Of a DNA stretch of 64,000 nt, positions 38,101-50,179 are shown one piece after another. The stretch is from the NCBI GenBank assembly GCA_965655095.1, contig OZ296652.1, positions 116,622,001 to 116,686,000 on the forward strand. Direction: 5' to 3'. Under the pieces are notes generated by a model that did no database searches, was not told the origin of the DNA, and saw only the letters and a list, made by a program, of their open reading frames with translations. The stretch's first letter is position 1; every line of letters begins with the position of its first letter. The position numbers and the translations under genes are program-made. The stretch comes from Haplodiscus bocki. Its lineage: Eukaryota.

Positions 38101-41100
38101 ACCTCTTATCCAGAAGATTTTTCTGTGCTCTTTTTCTTGGGAGTTTTTTCCGTGCGCTGCTTCTTATGGGTTTTATTCATGCTATCCGTGCGTGCTTTCA
38201 CGGGAGGTTTTCCCGTGAGCGCATTCGCAGGAGCTTTTCCCGTGTGCTCTTTCACATCGACTTTCTCTGCGCTCTTTTTTGCAGGGGCTTTGTCTGTTCC
38301 TTTCTTCGTGTAGTCGTCTTCCATGAGCTCTTTCCCACCGGCTTTCTCCGTGCGGGTTTTCACAGGAGATTCCCCGTGCACATTTTTGCGAGGCGTCCAT
38401 CCGTGCGCTCATTTGCAGGGACTTTCTCTGAGCTTTCTTTTCCGGGGGCCTTTCGTGTGTTCTCTTTTGCAGATGCATTTTCTGAGCGCTTTTTTGCAGG
38501 GGCTTTCCCGTGTGCTTTTTTGCAAGAGATTCACCGTGCGTTTTTTTGCAAGGACTCCTTCCGTGCGCTCGTTCGCAGGGATCTTCTCTGAGCTCCCCTT
38601 TGCAGGTGCTTTTTATCCTGGACTCCCCAGGGCTTTCTCTGTGCTTTTCTTTCCGGGGGGCGTTCCTTGTGTTTTCTTTCGCAGAGGCTGTTTCCGAGCG
38701 CTTCTTCGCAGGGGATTTCTCCGTGCTCCCTTTTTCAAGTGTTTTTTCTAAGCTCTCCTTCGCAGGGGTTTTTCCGTGTGCTTTTTTGCAGGGGCGTTCT
38801 CAGTGATCTCTTTTTTCAGAAGCTTTTTCTGTGCTTTTTTTCTCAGGGATTTTTTCCGTGCGTGGCTGTGCAGCGGCTTCTTCCATGCCCTCTTATATAG
38901 GGTTTTTTTCCTTGCGCTGTTTCACGGGGGTTTTGTACGTGTAATCCGTGCGCGCTTTCGCAGGAGCTTTTCCCGCGAGCGCTTTCGCGGGAGTTTTTCC
39001 AGTGTGCTCTTTCAGAGGGACTTTCTCTGTGCTCTCTTTTGCAGGGGCTTTCTCTGTTCGTTCTTTCGTATGGTCGCCTTCCGTGAGCTCTCTCGCCCCG
39101 GCTTTTCCCGTGCGCGTTTTCGCAGGAGATTCCTAGTGTCATTAGTGATTATTTGCAGGGACCCCTTCCGTGCGCTCGTTCGCAGGGACTTTCTCTGAGC
39201 TCTCTTTTGCAGGTGCTTTTTCTGCGCTCACTTTCGCAAGGGTTTTTCCGAGTGATTTTTTGCAGGGCCTTTATTTGTGTGCTCTCTTGTATTCTGTAAG
39301 GGCTTTCTCTGTGCTCTCTCTGGCAGGTACTTTTTCCGTGCGCTCTACAGCAAAAGTCTCCTCTGTTTGCTCTTTCCCAGGGGTTTTTTCCATGGGCACT
39401 TTCGCAAGGTTTTTTTGGTGCGCATTTTCGTAGGGGGCATTCTCAGCGCACTTCCTTGCAGCTGCGTTTTCCGTGATCTCTTCTTCAGAAGCTTTTTCGG
39501 TGCTCTTTTTCTCGAGAGTTTCTACCGTGGCTGCTTCACATGGGATTTATTCGTGCTATCCGCGCGCGCCTTCGCAGGAGTTTTTACTGTGAGCGCATTC
39601 GAAGGAGCTTTTCCCGTGTGCTCTTTCGCATTGACTTTCTCTGCGCTCTTTTTTGCAGGGGCTTTGTCTGTTCCTTTCGTTGTGTAGTCGTCTTCCGTGA
39701 GCTCTTTCACACCGGCTTTTTCCGTGCGCGTTTTTGCAAGAGATTCCCCGTGCGCTTTTTTGCAAGGACTCCTTCCGTGCACTTGTTCGCAGGGACTTCC
39801 TCTGAGCTCTTTTTTGCAGGTGTTTTTTATCCTGGACTCTCCCAGGGCTTCCTCCGTGTTCTCTTTTCCGGGCGCGTTTCATGTGCTCTCTCTCGGAAGG
39901 GCTTTTCCCGAGCGCTTCTTTCCAGGGGCTTTCTCTGTGCTCTTTTTTTCAGTTGCTTTTCCTGTGCTCTTTTTCGCAGGGGCTTTTCCGTGTGCTTTTT
40001 TTTGAAAGGTTTTTTTCGTGTGCTTTTTCGCAAGCGCTTTTTCCGCGTGCTGTTTTGTATTCTGTAAGGGCTTTCTCTGTGTTCTCTCTGGCAGGTGCCT
40101 TTTCCGTGCGCTCTATAACAAATGCTTCCTCTGTTTGCTCTTTCTCAGGGGCTTCATCCATGGGCTCTTTCGCGACGGCTCTTTGCTGCGCGTTTTCGTA
40201 GTGTAGGGGCGTTTTCCGTGACCTCTTTTTCAGAAGATTTTTCTGTGCTCTTTTTCTTGGGAGTTTTTTCCGTGCGCTGCTTCTTATGGGTTTTATTCAT
40301 GCTATCCGTGCGTGCTTTCACAGGAGGTTTTCCCGTGAGCGCATTCGCAGGAGCTTTTCCCGTGTGCTCTTTCGCATGGACTTTCTCTGCGCTCTTTTTT
40401 GCAGGGGCTTTGTCTGTTCCTTTCTTCGTGTAGTCGTCTTCCATGGGCTCTTTCGCACCGGCTTTCTCCGTGCGGGTTTTCACAGGAGATTCCCCGTGCA
40501 CATTTTTGCGAGGCGTCCATCCGTGCGCTCATTCGCAGAGACTTTCTCTGAGCTTTCTTTTCCGGGGGCCTTTCGTGTGTTCTCTTTTGCAGATGCATTT
40601 TCTGAGCACTTTTTTGCAGGGGCTTTCTCCCTGCTCTCATTTTCAGGTGTTTTTTCTTTGCTCTCTTTCGCGGGGGCTTTCCCGTGTGCTTTTTTCCAGG
40701 GGCGTTTTCCGTGACCTCTTTTTCAGAAGATTTTTCAGTGCTCTTTTTCTTGGGAGTTTTTTCCGTGCGCTGCTCATATGGGTTTTATTCGTGCTATCCG
40801 TGCGCGTTTTCGCAGGAGCTTTTCCCGTGTGCTCTTTCGCAGGGACTTTCTCTTCTGTGCTCTCTTTTGCAGGGGCTTTCTCTGTTCGTTCCTTTGCATG
40901 ATCGTCTACCGTGAGGTCATTCGCACCGGCTTTTTCCGTGTGCGTTTTGGCAAGAGATTCCCCGTGCGCTTTTTTGCAAGGACTCCTTCAGTGCACTCGT
41001 TCGCAGGGACTTCCTCTGAGCTCTTTTTTGCAGGTGTTTTTTTATCCTGGACTCTCCCAGGGCTTCCTCCGTTTTCTCTTTTCCGGGCGCGTTTCATGTG

Positions 41101-41843
41101 CTCTCTCTCGGAAGGGCTTTTCCCGAGCACTTCTTTCCAGGGGCTTTCTCTGTGCTCTTTTTTTCAGGTGCTTTTCCTGTGCTCTTTTTCGCAGTGGCTT
41201 TTCCGTGTGCTTTTTTTGAAGGGTTTTTTTCGTGTGCTTTTTCGCAAGTGCTTTTTCAGCCTGCTGTTTTGTATTCTGTAAGGGCTTTCTCTGTGTTCTC
41301 TCTGGCAGGTGCCTTTTCCGTGCGCTCTATAACAAATGCTTCCTCTGTTTGCTCTTTCTCAGGGGCTTTATCCATGGGCTCTTTCGCGACGGCTCTTTGC
41401 TGCGCGTTTTCGTAGTGTAGGGGCGTTTTCTGTGACCTCTTATCCAGAAGATTTTTCTGTGCTCTTTTTCTTGGGAGTTTTTTCCGTGCGCTGCTTCTTA
41501 TGGGTTTTATTCATGCTATCCGTGCGTGCTTTCACGGGAGGTTTTCCCGTGAGCGCATTCGCAGGAGCTTTTCCCGTTTGCTCTTTCGCATCGACTTTCT
41601 CTGCGCTCTTTTTTGCAGGGGCTTTGTCTGTTCCTTTCTTCGTGTAGTCGTCTTCCATGAGCTCTTTCCCACCGGCTTTCTCCGTGCGGGTTTTCACAGG
41701 AGATTCCCCGTGCACATTTTTGCGAGGCGTCCATCCGTGCGCTCATTTGCAGGGACTTTCTCTGAGCTTTCTTTTCCGGGGGCCTTTCGTGTGCTCTCTT
41801 TTTCAGATGCATTTTCTGAGCGCTTTTTTGCAGGGGCTTTCCC
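35185..41843. repeat. ~3333-bp near-perfect tandem duplication, each copy containing a partial 1214-bp duplication
   Basis: Paired ORFs 35443/38776 (offset 3333), 36206/39540 and 37444/40778 (3334); inner pairs 36788/38002 and 40122/41336 (1214). The diagnostic insert tagtgtcattagtgattatt occurs at 35801 and 39134. Confidence 0.95.
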
Positions 41844-43860
41844 CTGCTCTCATTTTCAGGTGCTTTTTCGGGCTTTTTTTCGCAGGGGTTTTTCCGTGTG
41901 CTTTTTTGGAGGGTTTTCTTTCTTGTGCTCTTTCGCAAGTGCTTTTTCCGCGTGCTGTTTTGTATTCTGTAAGGGCTTTCTCTGTGCTCTCTCTGGCAGC
42001 TGCATTTTCCGTGCGCTCTATAGCATATGCTTCCTCTGTTTGATCTTTCTCAGGGGCTTTATCCATGGGCTCTTTCGCGAGGGCTCTTTGCTGCGCATTT
42101 CGTAATGTAGGGGCATTTTCAGTGCACTTCTTTGCAGGGGCGTTTTCCGTGACCTCTTTTTCAGAAGAGTTTTCTGTGCTTTTTCTCTCAGGGATTTTCT
42201 CCGTGCGTTGTTTTGCCGCAGCTTCTTCCATCCACTCTTATATAGGTTTTTTCCGTGCGCCGTTTCACAGGGGCTTTATTCGTGCTATCCGTGGGCGCTT
42301 TCGCTGCAGCTTTTCTCGTGAGCGCATTCGCAGGAGCTTCTCCCATGTGCTCTTTCGCAGGGACTTTATATGTGCTCTTTTTTGCAGGGTCGTTCTCTGT
42401 TTGTTCCTTCGCTTCGTCGCTTTCCGTGAGCTTTTTCGAACCGGCTTTTTCCGTGCGCGTTTTTACAAGAGATTCCCCGTGCGCTTTTTTGCAAGGACTC
42501 CTTCCGTGCGCTCGTTCGCAGGGACTTCCTCTGAGCTCTCTTTTGCAGGTGCTTTTTATCCTGGACCCTCCCAGGGCTTCGTCCGTGTTCGCTTTTCCGG
42601 GCGCGTTTCATGTGCTCTCTCTCGGAAGGGCTTTTCCCGAGCGCTTCTTTCCAGGGGCTTTCTGTGTGCTCTCTTCCTCAGGTGCTTTTTCTGTGCTCTT
42701 TTTCGCAGGGACTTTTCCGTGTGCTTTTTTTTGGAGGGTCTTTTCCCGTGTGCTCTTTCGCATGGACTTTCTCTGCGCTCTTTTTTGCAGGGGCTTTGTC
42801 TGTTCCTTTCTTCGTGTAGTCGTCTTCCATGGGCTCTTTCGCACCGGCTTTCTCCGTGCGGGTTTTCGCAGGAGGTTCCCCGTGCACTTTTTTGCGAGGC
42901 GTCCATCCGTGCGCTCATTTGCAGGGACTTTCTCTGAGCTTTCTTTTCCGGGGGCCTTTCGTGTGTTCTCTTTTGCAGATGCATTTTCTGAGCGCTTTTT
43001 TGCAGGGGCTTTCCCGTGTGCTTTTTTGCAAGAGATTCACCGTGCGTTTTTTTGCAAGGACTCCTTCCGTGCGCTCGTTCGCAGGGACTTCCTCTGAGCT
43101 CTCTTTTGCAGGTGCTTTTTATCCTGGACTCTGCCAGGGCTTCCTCCGCGTTCGCCTTTCCGGGGGCCTTTCGTGTGCTCTCTTTTGCAGATGCATTTTC
43201 TGAGCGCTTTTTTGCAGGGGCTTTACCCTGCTCTCATTTTCAGGTGCTTTTTCTGGCTTTTTTTCGCAGGGGTTTTTCCGTGTGCTTTTTTTTGGAGGGT
43301 TTTCTTTCGTGTGCTCTTTCGCAAGTGCTTTTTCCGCGTGCTGTTTTGTATTCTGTAAGGGCTTTCTCTGTGCTCTCTCTGGCAGGTGCCTTTTCCGTGC
43401 GCTCTATAGCATATGCTTCCTCTGTTTGATCTTTCTCAGGGGCTTTATCCATGGGCTCTTTCGCGAGGGCTCTTTGCTGCGCATTTCGTAATGTAGGGGC
43501 ATTTTCAGTGCACTTCTTTGCAGGGGCGTTTTCCGTGACCTCTTTTTCAGAAGATTTTTCTGTGCTTTTTCTCTCAGGGATTTTCTTCGTGCGTTGTTTT
43601 GCCGCAGCTTCTTCCATCCACTCTTATATAGGTTTTTTTCCGTGCGCCGTTTCACAGGGGCTTTATTCGTGCTATCCGTGGGTGCTTTCGCTGCAGCTTT
43701 TCTCGTGAGCGCATTCGCAGGAGCTTCTCCCGTGTGCTCTTTCGCAGGGACTTTTTATGTGCTCTTTTTTGCAGGGTCGTTCTCTGTTTGTTCCTTCGCT
43801 TCCTCGTTTTCCATGAGCTTTTTCGCACCGGATTTTTCTGTGTGCGTTCGCGCAGGAGAT
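41780..43860. repeat. ~1385-bp-offset duplication near the right end of the 27-bp satellite
   Basis: ~41780-42470 matches ~43165-43860; the MGSFARALCCAFRNVG ORFs start at 42065 and 43451. Confidence 0.85.
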
Positions 43861-44259
43861 TCTCGTGCGCTTTTTCGCAGGGACTCTTTCCGTGCTCTCT
43901 TTCGCTGGGACGTTCTCTGAGCTCTCTTTTGCAGGGGCTTTTCATCGTTGATTCTCTTAGGGCTTTTTCTGTGTTCTTTTTGGCAAAAGTTTTTCCGTTA
44001 CCCTCTTTGGCAAGAATTTTTTCTGTGCGCTGTCTCGCGGGGTTTTGTTTAATGCTCGTTTACTGGGTTTGGAAGAGAGGAAACAGTTCAAAACATTTTT
44101 CCGATGTTTTTCATGAAAAACGTTTGCCTAAAATTCTTTGCAAACCCTTTCATACGATCAAAGTTTAGTCAGTTTCACTTAATTTTTAACAAATCTTGTT
44201 CTATTGACTTGGAGAACATCAAAAATGAGAAGGAAGTGCGGCGCGGAAAGGTCATTTAA

Positions 44260-47200
44260 ATGACATTAGTGGGCTGTCGAATCGTCATAGTCTGAATCGA
44301 AGTCTCAAAAGAAATCTCCTTCAACTTCGCTGCTAAAGAAAGTGTTTCTTTCTCTAGAACTTGAATATGCCATTGCTTCTTCATCGAAGTCAATGAGTTC
44401 CTCAAGTTAACTTTCCAAGTAACCTCATTGATGCATTCCATTGTCAGATGGGGTGAGTATCTCGTCTGAGATTTGTGTTCAAACTTCAAGCTTGCTACCT
44501 TCACGGTCAGCATCGTAGTTTGAAAGAGATGAAACGTTGCCAGCAGGAGAAACTAAGAAGTTTCTGATTAAAGTAGACCATGTTGTACTACTCTCTGAAT
44601 CTTCTTCTTGCTCGTCATCTCCCCAGTCATCATCCTTCAGGATTTCTCTATGCATCTGCCAGTCTTTTTTTTCGAGGCGGCCCAAAGGAAGGCAATTTAT
44701 GCCATCATTTTGTATAAAACGATTGTGATCAAAGGTACTCACTGAGATTTTATTGTTCCAAATGGTTTGCAAGAGATATTTTGAGCCATTTCTTTTTGGT
44801 GTTTCACCTCATGTGGTGACCACTTCATGCAACACGTTTGTAGAAATCATGTTTTAGTGTAGTTTGAAGGAGTCGAGATACGGTTTTTGCTGAAAGCTTT
44901 TGGTGGCCATCATCTACTGCTTAGTACATCTTGAGTGTGAATCCAATGAGTTGTCGCATTACTTTCTTTGCCAACTCAACTTTGAATTTGAGCGTGATTA
45001 TTTTGTTTTGTGTCACAATGAACTGGGTTGTCATTTGTATAATTGTCAAAATCAAAACTGTTTGGAGGCGTGGGGTTGTCGCTATTTTCTCAAAGAAATG
45101 CTCTCTTCTGATCTCATATAATATCGAGTCAGAATCTGATAACAAAAGCGAGCAGTTGAATGTCTTTTCCATTACCTGGAAACAAAAAAACTTTTTTCGA
45201 TTGAGAGTGTTTCGAAATTTTTCTGTTTTCTGTCGGCTTCCCAACATTTTTTTCATTGCCTCTAGACCATTCCGCTTGGACACCTATTGGTATTCCATTC
45301 AAAGTATATTGATGCAAAACACGCCAGTTCGTTGGTTTTAGTTTTAGGGATAGACGTACTGCTTTGACATGTTATGCTCACACTCGAATTCCAACACAAC
45401 TCACTGGGGGAGAACGTGTATGCAAGTGCCCACTAGTATTGGCGTGTTCCAGTAAAATTGTCCTCTGCAACTCACAATTGCTACCGGTTTTTGGTTCAAG
45501 ATGTTGATTGATTTTATCAAACCTGTGGCAGAGTTTTCAAGGACAGCTTCTCTTGTTTTGGCTAGTTCAATCTTGACCCTATTTCGTTTGCTATCAAGAG
45601 TTTTTCCGTAACAGCAATTGTTCATTATTTTATAAAATGACTCTTCAATTTTGTTCTTTGACTGGGTTCGCATTCTGGTGATCAGGATGATGCACGGCTC
45701 TGGCCACTTTTCGTGTTTCAACTGAAGGACTCGATGTACTTTAGTAAATTTGAGACCGATATTTACGTAGAGTTTTGGAGTAATGTACTGAGCTCTGATA
45801 CTTTTGATGGCTAAAAAAGTCTGAACAATTTATTGCATGATTACGCGAATATTGCCTTCTACGTTGAATAGACCCATTTGATACTCGGGTAGCATGATTG
45901 AGTCAATTTTATCTTTCGTTTGAGCCAGTGAAAAACTTTTGTCCATGTTGTGGAGGGCATCAAGAGAGTCCAAACGGACTTCTAATATAAAACTAATCTA
46001 GGAATCGATTGCAAACTTGACAAGTGGACTAAGTTCAACACCCAAAATCTCAAAATAGCTCAAAGGCAGGGGAAATTTTTGTGTTGATCCACCGAAAAAG
46101 TTAATTGCGTCCATGAGGATACCATACGTTCTGGCGTTTCTCTCGCCAAATCCTTCCAAGTATTTGTCGTATATCGTAGCCAAACGCTTTGAAAACACTG
46201 GGGAGACACCAGCTTGGATCAAGTTCTCAGCCATCTTCAAGTGACTGCGGTCTTTGAGCAATTCTAATTACCCTTCACTGACTTTTAGGAAAGCATCGCC
46301 AGAAGGATGGGAACACGTAAAAACGTGAGCACTATCCAATCTGTAAGTAGATTGAAAAACTTTTCTAAACTGCCTAACCTCACATGCAAACAGCAAAGTG
46401 TCTCTTGTTATGTAAGGGTCGTAGTAACTACCAAGACTTTCGCACCCAAACTTTTGAGAGACTTTTGTTTCATGTAAAAAATTCTCTAGAGCAACTGACA
46501 ATTGAACATCTTGGAGAAAAATTGTCCATTTTTCTACACTGGAACGGAGTTTTCCTGAAACTTTTCATGGGAATCGAAAGAAGAGTAGGGGTAAAATCTC
46601 ATTGTTGGAGTAGCTGCGAATCGCCGTAACAATGTTGAGGACAGTGACTATCCCGAAAACTGAAAATCTTTGCAGGTAAATAACTCAGCAGTTTCTCCAG
46701 AGATGAAACTTTTAAATCTAGACGAGTCAACAAAACCAAGACATGTTTTTCAGCCCTCCAATGGTCGGTGTAAAACGCAACTTCAATACCAAGTCAAAAC
46801 GATACTAGGAAAAGGTGTTGATTTTTCCAAATAAAATTTAAACGATAAATTGAAAGATTATGAGCGAAAATTGCAAAGTAGTTTACTATGTGTCGTTTAA
46901 GGCTGAATTTACTGTGGCGAATCCTAAGAACTAAACGTTGCTATGACAGTGGTCTAAAACTCTGTCGTTTTCAGCTAAATCTCGTTTTCACTTAAATTTC
47001 GTTCTCAAAACAAGCACTGTGCGGAAGGAGAGGTGCATGATTTAATGTAACCTCACTTGAGCTTCTATCAGAAGTGTTGCAGCGTGTCGCCACCAAATTG
47101 ATGAGCGACACAATATCAAAATACATTTTATAAAGTGCGAAGCTTGTCGACTGGCAGTTTCGGGACAGGAGATTGCTTTTGATTCGTCTGGTAGTTTTAT

Positions 47201-48560
47201 ACTTGCTGCTTTGTTTTGCATGCAAGTCTCGTTATGTCTGTGGTAAATTTCAACTGTGTAGAAAACAGGGAAACAGTTACAACATATTCTGCTACTGGAT
47301 CGTGTAACTTGTTGATTCAAACTGCTGACTAATTTTTTCCGATCTTTAATCAAAACATAATGGTGGGGCTGACCATCGCTAAAATTAGGATGGTCAAAGA
47401 TGAATGCCAAGTCCTGTCGTTTTGATATTTGCAGTGGAATGAGATCCTTCTTTTGGTAACGGCACACCTTGACTCAATTTTTTTTCAGGTTTTCAAACTA
47501 TAAAATTTGGTTGAAAACCATCAGCTTTTCGAAATCGCCAACCGGTTAATGTAACAATGGATTAGAATTACTTTCTCGTTCTGAGTTTATTCTCATTCGC
47601 CAACCCACATCTTCATACAGACTCCGAGCATCATCAAAGTGCCACGCTGCCACGCAACAAAAGAAGCAATTGTTATCATCCCGATTCCTTTTGATCGACA
47701 GGCAACTCATACTTTGATGTTCACTTGGCAATGCAAGCTAGGGTGAACCTCGATTTGGCATGTAGAAAACTACTTAAACGTCAAGTCAAATGATCTTTCA
47801 GCATCCACCCCCCTCCATGGGATGCGAAACTGAACATATTTGATAACAATCGCTCCAACATAGCCGGAAAAGGTTCCGCTGCGAGTCTGTTCACCAAATA
47901 GACTGTTTCGTTTTGGAATTCACGGTAATCGTGAAGTCAGTGGTCTCTTCATTTTCTTAGGCTGATTTTTCCATAACGACTTCTGCTGATATCAGAATAT
48001 TTTCGGTTCTGCCTGAACTGTTTCCTCTACAATCTCAACGATAGTTTGCTTTCGGTCTACCATGAACTGTAGGAAAACATAATCGTCGTTTCCTTCTAAG
48101 AAGTACGTCTGCACTATACCAACGAAACGAGTTGCTTGGGAAGTTTGCGTTGCAAAGTTTGCGTTTGTGAAAATGACGGCAACAAAAGAACTTCTCGTAA
48201 CTGCCTATTGAAAGCTTATGTATCAGAGCACAGACTATTGCATCAAAGGCAGGTTTTCAGTTTTCCCGTAATATGATTTTCTTCAACGTGTATCTTCATT
48301 ACTGCCAAAGGCGAACTTTTAAAAGTTCTTTTCATGAAGCTTCTCTGCTCTGAAATTGACGGTTCAATGCTGTGAAGAATGCGGAGATGCCGACATAAAT
48401 CTTGCATTTAAGCAAAAATTTCGCTGCAAAAAACACATTTTATCGTTTTTTTCCGCCGCTGAGTTGAATGAACTGAAATTGAAAAACTTGAGAATGTAAG
48501 GTTTCCACTTTTGTTTACAATCGTCTGTTTTGTTGATTGACACTGCAGGGTAACAGTAGG
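44260..48560 (-). pseudogene. Protein-primed family B DNA polymerase (pPolB) relic with N-terminal C2H2 fingers and an endonuclease VII-like motif
   Basis: Motifs in order: CVFCSEIF..DLCRHLRILH (~48370-48438); RNRDDNNCFFCCVAA; HHYVLIKD..CCNCF..HNETC; RVLDHCH (~46950); IFAHNLS (ExoII); YITRDTLLFA..YRLDSAHVFT..SGDAFLK (ExoIII); LMDAINFFG..PLP (motif A); FYKIMNNCCYGKT (motif B); LSDSDSILY (motif C); NKISVSTFDHNRFIQNDGINCLPLG (C-terminus), then an acidic tail. Numerous frameshifts and stops. Confidence 0.93.
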
Positions 48561-50179
48561 TCATCTCATCTATTGGGTAACCTCCTCCTAATCTTGATCT
48601 GAAAATAAAAACCTCTCGTTCTTGTGCTTGTTCAAATTTAAGTTTTTGGTGATGGTGTTCGTTCTCTGATGACCACTTCTGCTTTTTTCACCTGAACTAT
48701 GACTAGATTCGAACGGGCGATTTCTGTCAAGTTTGTTTATTCTGATTTAACTGCCTCCCGTTTGCTGCGACTTATGCCTGAATGCTTCGATTAGTTTTTG
48801 TTTTAGCGGAGTATTTAGACTATCTGCTTTTCTCCTAGTATTCCCTAAATTCGAAATGAACCACGCTGAGCAAATCAGAAATGTTATAGAAATTAACTTT
48901 TTTGTTGAATATCGGAAAATGTAGGAGACAATCATGAACGCCACTATCAAGTAAAAGATAATCAAAGATTTGCAAAATTCTAGTGTCCCTATTTCAGGTG
49001 AAAATGTGGAATGGTATTCCAATTTCTTCTTTTTTCGCGCTGGATAAAATTCAGAAAAACAGCAGTGCATTGACTTCACAGGAGTCTTTAGCTGAATAAG
49101 TTGTGTACAGTCCTCATTACAATCTCGATAAAGGGGGTTCAAACTAGAGATTGTGTTGTTTCTTCTTTCAAACGTGAAAAAGGCGGGTTGCTAACTATCT
49201 TCCAACACCACTGTAGCTTTTCTAAGTCCGACATATAACCTAACTGGTTCTCGGATAGGAGAATGTCCTCACAACCGAAACGGAATATGACTTCACGAGC
49301 ACCAAATCCACAGTACTTCCAAGCGGTAAGCAGTTTAACGTACAAAAAGGTTTTCCTCTGCAATACCCACAGTTCCCAAACTGCCGACAAAACTTAATGG
49401 GACGCTCTTGATCTTCAGCAGCTTCAATATGGCGTTAGGTTTGGGTATCGAATTTTTCATGCTCCACACGTCATCTGATTTTATTTGACTGATAATCGCC
49501 ACCGATTCATTAGAACAAGTTCTGTAAAAAGTGTTACAAAAGAAAAATAAATGCTAGTGATGGTTATAATTTCTAGTTCCATTCTATGAATGTTAAGTCT
49601 TTACAGTTTTGAATAATTGAAGTTAGGTGTCGTGTTGTAGCGAAGGTGTAAAATCACTATGATAAGAAAAACTTATAGAGGCACCCAGCTGTCAATTTGA
49701 TGGTTTAATGAAATTTAACCATTTATCGCAGAAGAGAAATTAGAATGGTTGCGAAAAGAAACTGGTGTTTGTTTACTTTACACATAATGTCTGGGCACTC
49801 GAAAATATTGTCTACACCCCCATTTTTAGGTGGTTAAAAACAAGTTTACCAGTCGTAAAATGAACAGCGGTCCTGATCGTCTCAATGTTTCACAATGAAG
49901 GTTTTTAAGCAGACAACACATGTAATTGTTTACAGTTAGTAAAAGTCCGTAAACACTCCTAATTCCACAGTATTTTGACCTAGTATTTTCACCTTTTGTT
50001 TTCAAATTAGTATCACTGTTTTGTAAACAAAACGAACGGTTGTTTTCAAGCATTGAAATTTAGGCCCCATATATCAAACATTCTATTTCCGGTTTTGTTT
50101 TCAGAGCTCGTACTATTCAAATTCTTACGTTCCCTAGAAAACAGTCTGCTGCTAAAATTTTCCCAACTGCGCAGAAAAA

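Larger units (their letters stand above)
27890..44045 (+). repeat. 27-bp-monomer complex satellite, ~16 kb, consensus GCTTTTTCCGTGCGCTCTTTCGCAGGG
   Basis: The GTGC anchor recurs every 26-27 bp (28018, 28044, 28071, 28097, 28124, 28151, 28178...). The + strand is T/C/G-rich and A-poor. The ORF track shows 9-aa periodic peptides AFSVRSFAG, LFPCALSQG, FFRALFRRG and, on the minus strand, PAKERTEKA, PCERAHGKS, LRKSARKKP. Confidence 0.98.

Noticed and set aside
27890-44045. CRISPR-like array (27-bp partially palindromic repeats)
   Set aside because: Monomers are head-to-tail with no unique spacers, there are no cas genes, and the context is eukaryotic.
27818-44168. Dense overlapping ORFs up to 386 aa, some looking like hydrophobic membrane proteins
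   Set aside because: Explained by a stop-free 27-bp unit; all six frames are equally open and homopolymer indels shift frames constantly.
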